Translations under genes and position numbers: made by a program
Notes under the pieces: model-generated
Database searches by the model: none
What the model saw: the letters and a program-made list of their open reading frames with translations, nothing else
What the model was told of the DNA's origin: nothing
Shown: positions 37,795 to 40,281 of the stretch, one piece after another
Layout: every line of letters begins with the position of its first letter
Numbering within the stretch: position 1 is the stretch's first letter
DNA from: a virus
Taxonomy: Duplodnaviria > Caudoviricetes
Length of the DNA stretch: 40,281 bases
Strand: one strand, 5' to 3'
IMG/VR virus record: IMGVR_UViG_3300005512_000097
Location: 1 to 40,281 of that record

Positions 37795-38822
37795 AGTTAG
37801 CATTAGACCATTGGCACATAGAAGTAAGCAGTATATGTACATTAAAATGTCCTAGATGTACTAGAGCAGAAGTACCAGAAACACTTCTTAATCGTCAACT
37901 TACATTGGACTTCTTCTGTAATCAGATAGGCGAATCACAAATTAAAAAGATACGCAAAATAAGTTTTTGCGGAGATGATGGCGATCCAATTTATGCTAAA
38001 CAGTTTTTACAAATTGTAGAATGGATAAAGAATATTAATCCTAATATTCAACTTTCAATAATCACAAATGGCAGTTACAAAACTGCAGACTGGTGGCAAC
38101 AACTTGCTTCATACTGCAATGAATATGATGAGATACACTGGAGTTTAGATGGATGGGACCAAGAAAGTAACAGTAAATACCGTGTTAACTGTGATTGGAA
38201 TAGTATAATCGATGGCATAGTAACTTTTAGAAAGCATAACAACACTACCTATACAGTAATTGCAACAATTGCATTTAGATTTAATGAATCAAACTTAGAT
38301 AAAATTGTAAAACTTGCATATGATTACAAGTTTGATTGTTGGCAACTTACTAAAAGTACAAAATTTGGCAGTAAGTATCCAGATGCATACAGTAATAATG
38401 ATTTGTTAGAACCATTGGATAAAAAACTAATTGCTAGTGGACATAGGTTTGAAAGAGAACAGAATTATATAACTGCAAAAAAGCGTCCAGGTTCAGATTT
38501 AAAAGAATTATTTTGGCAACGTGCAGAACAATTACAAAATAGTAAAGAATATCCAGCACTTTGTTATATAGGCAACAAAGGTGTATTTTTAAAAGCAACA
38601 GGAGAATTTTATCCTTGTTGTTGGACTGCACTACGTTATCCTCATAATGCTAAATGGAACAATCTTGCTGAAACAAAATTTAATTTATATAACAATACAC
38701 TAGATGAAATACTAGCAGATGACTGGTGGCAAGATGAATTTAAGCAGTTTGATAATGTAGAATGCAGAACTAAATGCATAAAAACAAAACTTTTTGACAG
38801 AGAACATGTAACAGAATGGTAA
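37791..38822 (+). CDS. Radical SAM protein with C-terminal SPASM/twitch-like cysteines
   Basis: CTLKCPRC (CxxxCxxC), 'FCGDDGDP', 'ITNGS', 'SLDG', then C...'GEFYPCC'...'CRTKC'. Confidence 0.88.
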   Translation: MKLALDHWHIEVSSICTLKCPRCTRAEVPETLLNRQLTLDFFCNQIGESQIKKIRKISFCGDDGDPIYAKQFLQIVEWIKNINPNIQLSIITNGSYKTADWWQQLASYCNEYDEIHWSLDGWDQESNSKYRVNCDWNSIIDGIVTFRKHNNTTYTVIATIAFRFNESNLDKIVKLAYDYKFDCWQLTKSTKFGSKYPDAYSNNDLLEPLDKKLIASGHRFEREQNYITAKKRPGSDLKELFWQRAEQLQNSKEYPALCYIGNKGVFLKATGEFYPCCWTALRYPHNAKWNNLAETKFNLYNNTLDEILADDWWQDEFKQFDNVECRTKCIKTKLFDREHVTEW

Positions 38823-39712
38823 AAATACTACACTTTGAGCCTACAAGTAGATGTAATGCTGCATGTCCTATGTGTGCTAGAAATATAAACGGTGAAGGAT
38901 GTATTGTATCTCTTGCTGACCTTGACCTTAGACAGTTTCAATTACAAATCATAAAAAATATTAATAAGAAATTAGAAAAAATATTCTTTTGTGGAACAGT
39001 AGGTGATCCATGTGCAGATGTCAGTTTACTAGAAAAAATTAAGTGGTTAAAAGATTTACACCCAGAAATAGTAGTAGGCATAAACACCAATGGAAGTATA
39101 AGAAACACTGACTGGTGGATTGATTGTGCAAATCTGTTAAAGGGCCCTTTAGATTATGTAGTTTTTAGTATAGACGGTCTAAAAGATACCAATCATATCT
39201 ATAGAGTAGGAGTTCAATTTGATAAAGTAATGCAAAATGCACAAGCATATATCAATGCAGGATCAAGTGCCCATTGGGACATGTTAGTATTTGATCATAA
39301 TAAACATCAAGTAGAGCAGTGTAAGGAACTTGCTAAAAATATGGGATTTACCTGGTTTCGTAGTAAAGAAACAGATAGATGGGACGAATATAGTTTTAAT
39401 CATATAAAACCTGCAAATAAGTATAATTATATTGACTATGATGATATTAACAGTATACAATGTGAACGTAATGATGAAGAATCTACTTACATAGATTACA
39501 AAGGACAAGAATTTCCTTGTTGTCATATTGCAGAAAGTTATTATAAAGGTAAAACTAAGCACGAAGATATATTACAATATACTCCAGAACAACTAATGGA
39601 TGAATATCAAACGAGACTGGATAATAAAAATCCATTCTATGTTTGTAAAAGAAGTTGTGGTAAAACTTTAAATAAACGGTCTCAATGGAAACAAGAGATA
39701 CAATTAAAATAG
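38816..39712 (+). CDS. Radical SAM protein with C-terminal SPASM/twitch-like cysteines
   Basis: CNAACPMC, 'FCGTVGDP', 'NTNGS', 'FSIDG', then C...'GQEFPCC'...'CKRSC'. Confidence 0.88.
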   Translation: MVKILHFEPTSRCNAACPMCARNINGEGCIVSLADLDLRQFQLQIIKNINKKLEKIFFCGTVGDPCADVSLLEKIKWLKDLHPEIVVGINTNGSIRNTDWWIDCANLLKGPLDYVVFSIDGLKDTNHIYRVGVQFDKVMQNAQAYINAGSSAHWDMLVFDHNKHQVEQCKELAKNMGFTWFRSKETDRWDEYSFNHIKPANKYNYIDYDDINSIQCERNDEESTYIDYKGQEFPCCHIAESYYKGKTKHEDILQYTPEQLMDEYQTRLDNKNPFYVCKRSCGKTLNKRSQWKQEIQLK

Positions 39713-39722
39713 GAGACAAAAA

Positions 39723-39896
39723 ATGTCACACGAAAAAATTATAGAAGCATATGAAGCATACCTAAAGGAATCAGAAGCATTTGAAACTAAGGGTGTGAAA
39801 GCAGCTGCCGCTCGTGCAAGAAAAGCATTAGGCGAATTAGGTAAACTTGCAAAAGCAAGACGTGCAGAAATCCAAGATAAAAAGAATAATATGTAA
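39723..39896 (+). CDS. Small basic histone H1-like (Hc1-like) DNA-binding protein
   Basis: Not in the ORF track (57 aa): MSHEKIIEAYEAYLKESEAFETKGVKAAAARARKALGELGKLAKARRAEIQDKKNNM. Strong SD AGGAGA at 39711-39716; 'KG.KAAA.RARK...EL.KL.K..R' is an Hc1-type pattern. Confidence 0.75.
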   Translation: MSHEKIIEAYEAYLKESEAFETKGVKAAAARARKALGELGKLAKARRAEIQDKKNNM

Positions 39897-39918
39897 AGAA
39901 AGATATATACAAGATAAC

Positions 39919-40281
39919 ATGCAAAACTGGTATTATAAAAACAAAATAGTTAAAGAAATACCAGAAGGCATGATTGGTTTTGTATATTTGATAACAAATA
40001 CTACAACCGACAAAAAATACATTGGTAAAAAACTGGCTCAATTTAAGAAGACTAAACCTCCCCTCAAAGGCAGAAAAAACAAACGTCGTACACTAGTAGA
40101 AAGTGATTGGCGTGATTACTATGGCTCATCAGACGAACTTACACAAGACGTCGAAACTTTAGGCAAAGATAAATTCAAACGTAAGATATTATATTTCTGT
40201 TCAAGTAAAGCAGAACTATCTTATATAGAAGCAAGAGAACAATTCAGATATAAAGTACTGGAATCAGATGACTGGTACAAT
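39919..40281 (+). CDS. GIY-YIG endonuclease, T4 endonuclease II (DenA)-like, truncated by the window end
   Basis: Not in the ORF track: MQNWYYKNKIVKEIPEGMIGFVYLITNTTTDKKYIGKK...ESDWRDYYGSSDEL...FKRKILYFC...SYIEAREQF...WYN, with the GFVY...YIG motif. Confidence 0.8.
   Translation, partial: MQNWYYKNKIVKEIPEGMIGFVYLITNTTTDKKYIGKKLAQFKKTKPPLKGRKNKRRTLVESDWRDYYGSSDELTQDVETLGKDKFKRKILYFCSSKAELSYIEAREQFRYKVLESDDWYN

Noticed and set aside
39723-39896. Small ORF after two SPASM-like radical SAMs as a RiPP precursor
   Set aside because: The sequence is a basic amphipathic helix fitting Hc1-like proteins. There is no leader/core pattern, and the enzymes show no N-terminal RRE extension.
33216-40041. 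Minus-strand ORFs opposite gp55, gp46, the radical SAMs and the Hc1-like gene
   Set aside because: Antisense shadows with no translation signals.
1-40281. CRISPR arrays, tRNAs, introns, inteins, alternative genetic code
   Set aside because: Intergenic gaps are too short for such elements, no repeat-spacer or intein motifs were seen, and all three stop codons end genes normally with dense standard-code ORFs.

Overview
AT-rich fragment of a large T4-like (myovirus-type) dsDNA bacteriophage with two divergent blocks. The minus strand (33023 to 1) carries a contractile-tail baseplate and fibre module: tube initiator, gp53-like, hub, gp5-like spike, gp25, gp6, a giant 4404-aa wedge/adhesin-like protein and tail fibres with C-terminal intramolecular-chaperone-like domains. 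It is followed by a separately promoted cluster of three putative GT-A glycosyltransferases. The plus strand (33102 to end) encodes a gp55-like late sigma factor, the gp47/gp46 (Mre11/Rad50) nuclease pair interrupted by an apparently split glycosyltransferase-like gene, two tandem radical SAM enzymes, a 57-aa Hc1-like basic protein missing from the ORF track and a truncated GIY-YIG endonuclease. Visible regulatory signals are T4-type late promoters (nATAAATA) before structural genes and two consensus sigma70 promoters whose -10 box ends exactly 6 nt before an ATG, implying leaderless mRNAs. One of these has a UNCG-tetraloop hairpin built into its spacer. The main hypothesis worth testing is a phage-encoded glycan-modification system (glycosyltransferases plus radical SAMs) that may act on Ser/Thr-rich virion proteins. 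All product calls come from motif recognition by eye; no database search was run.
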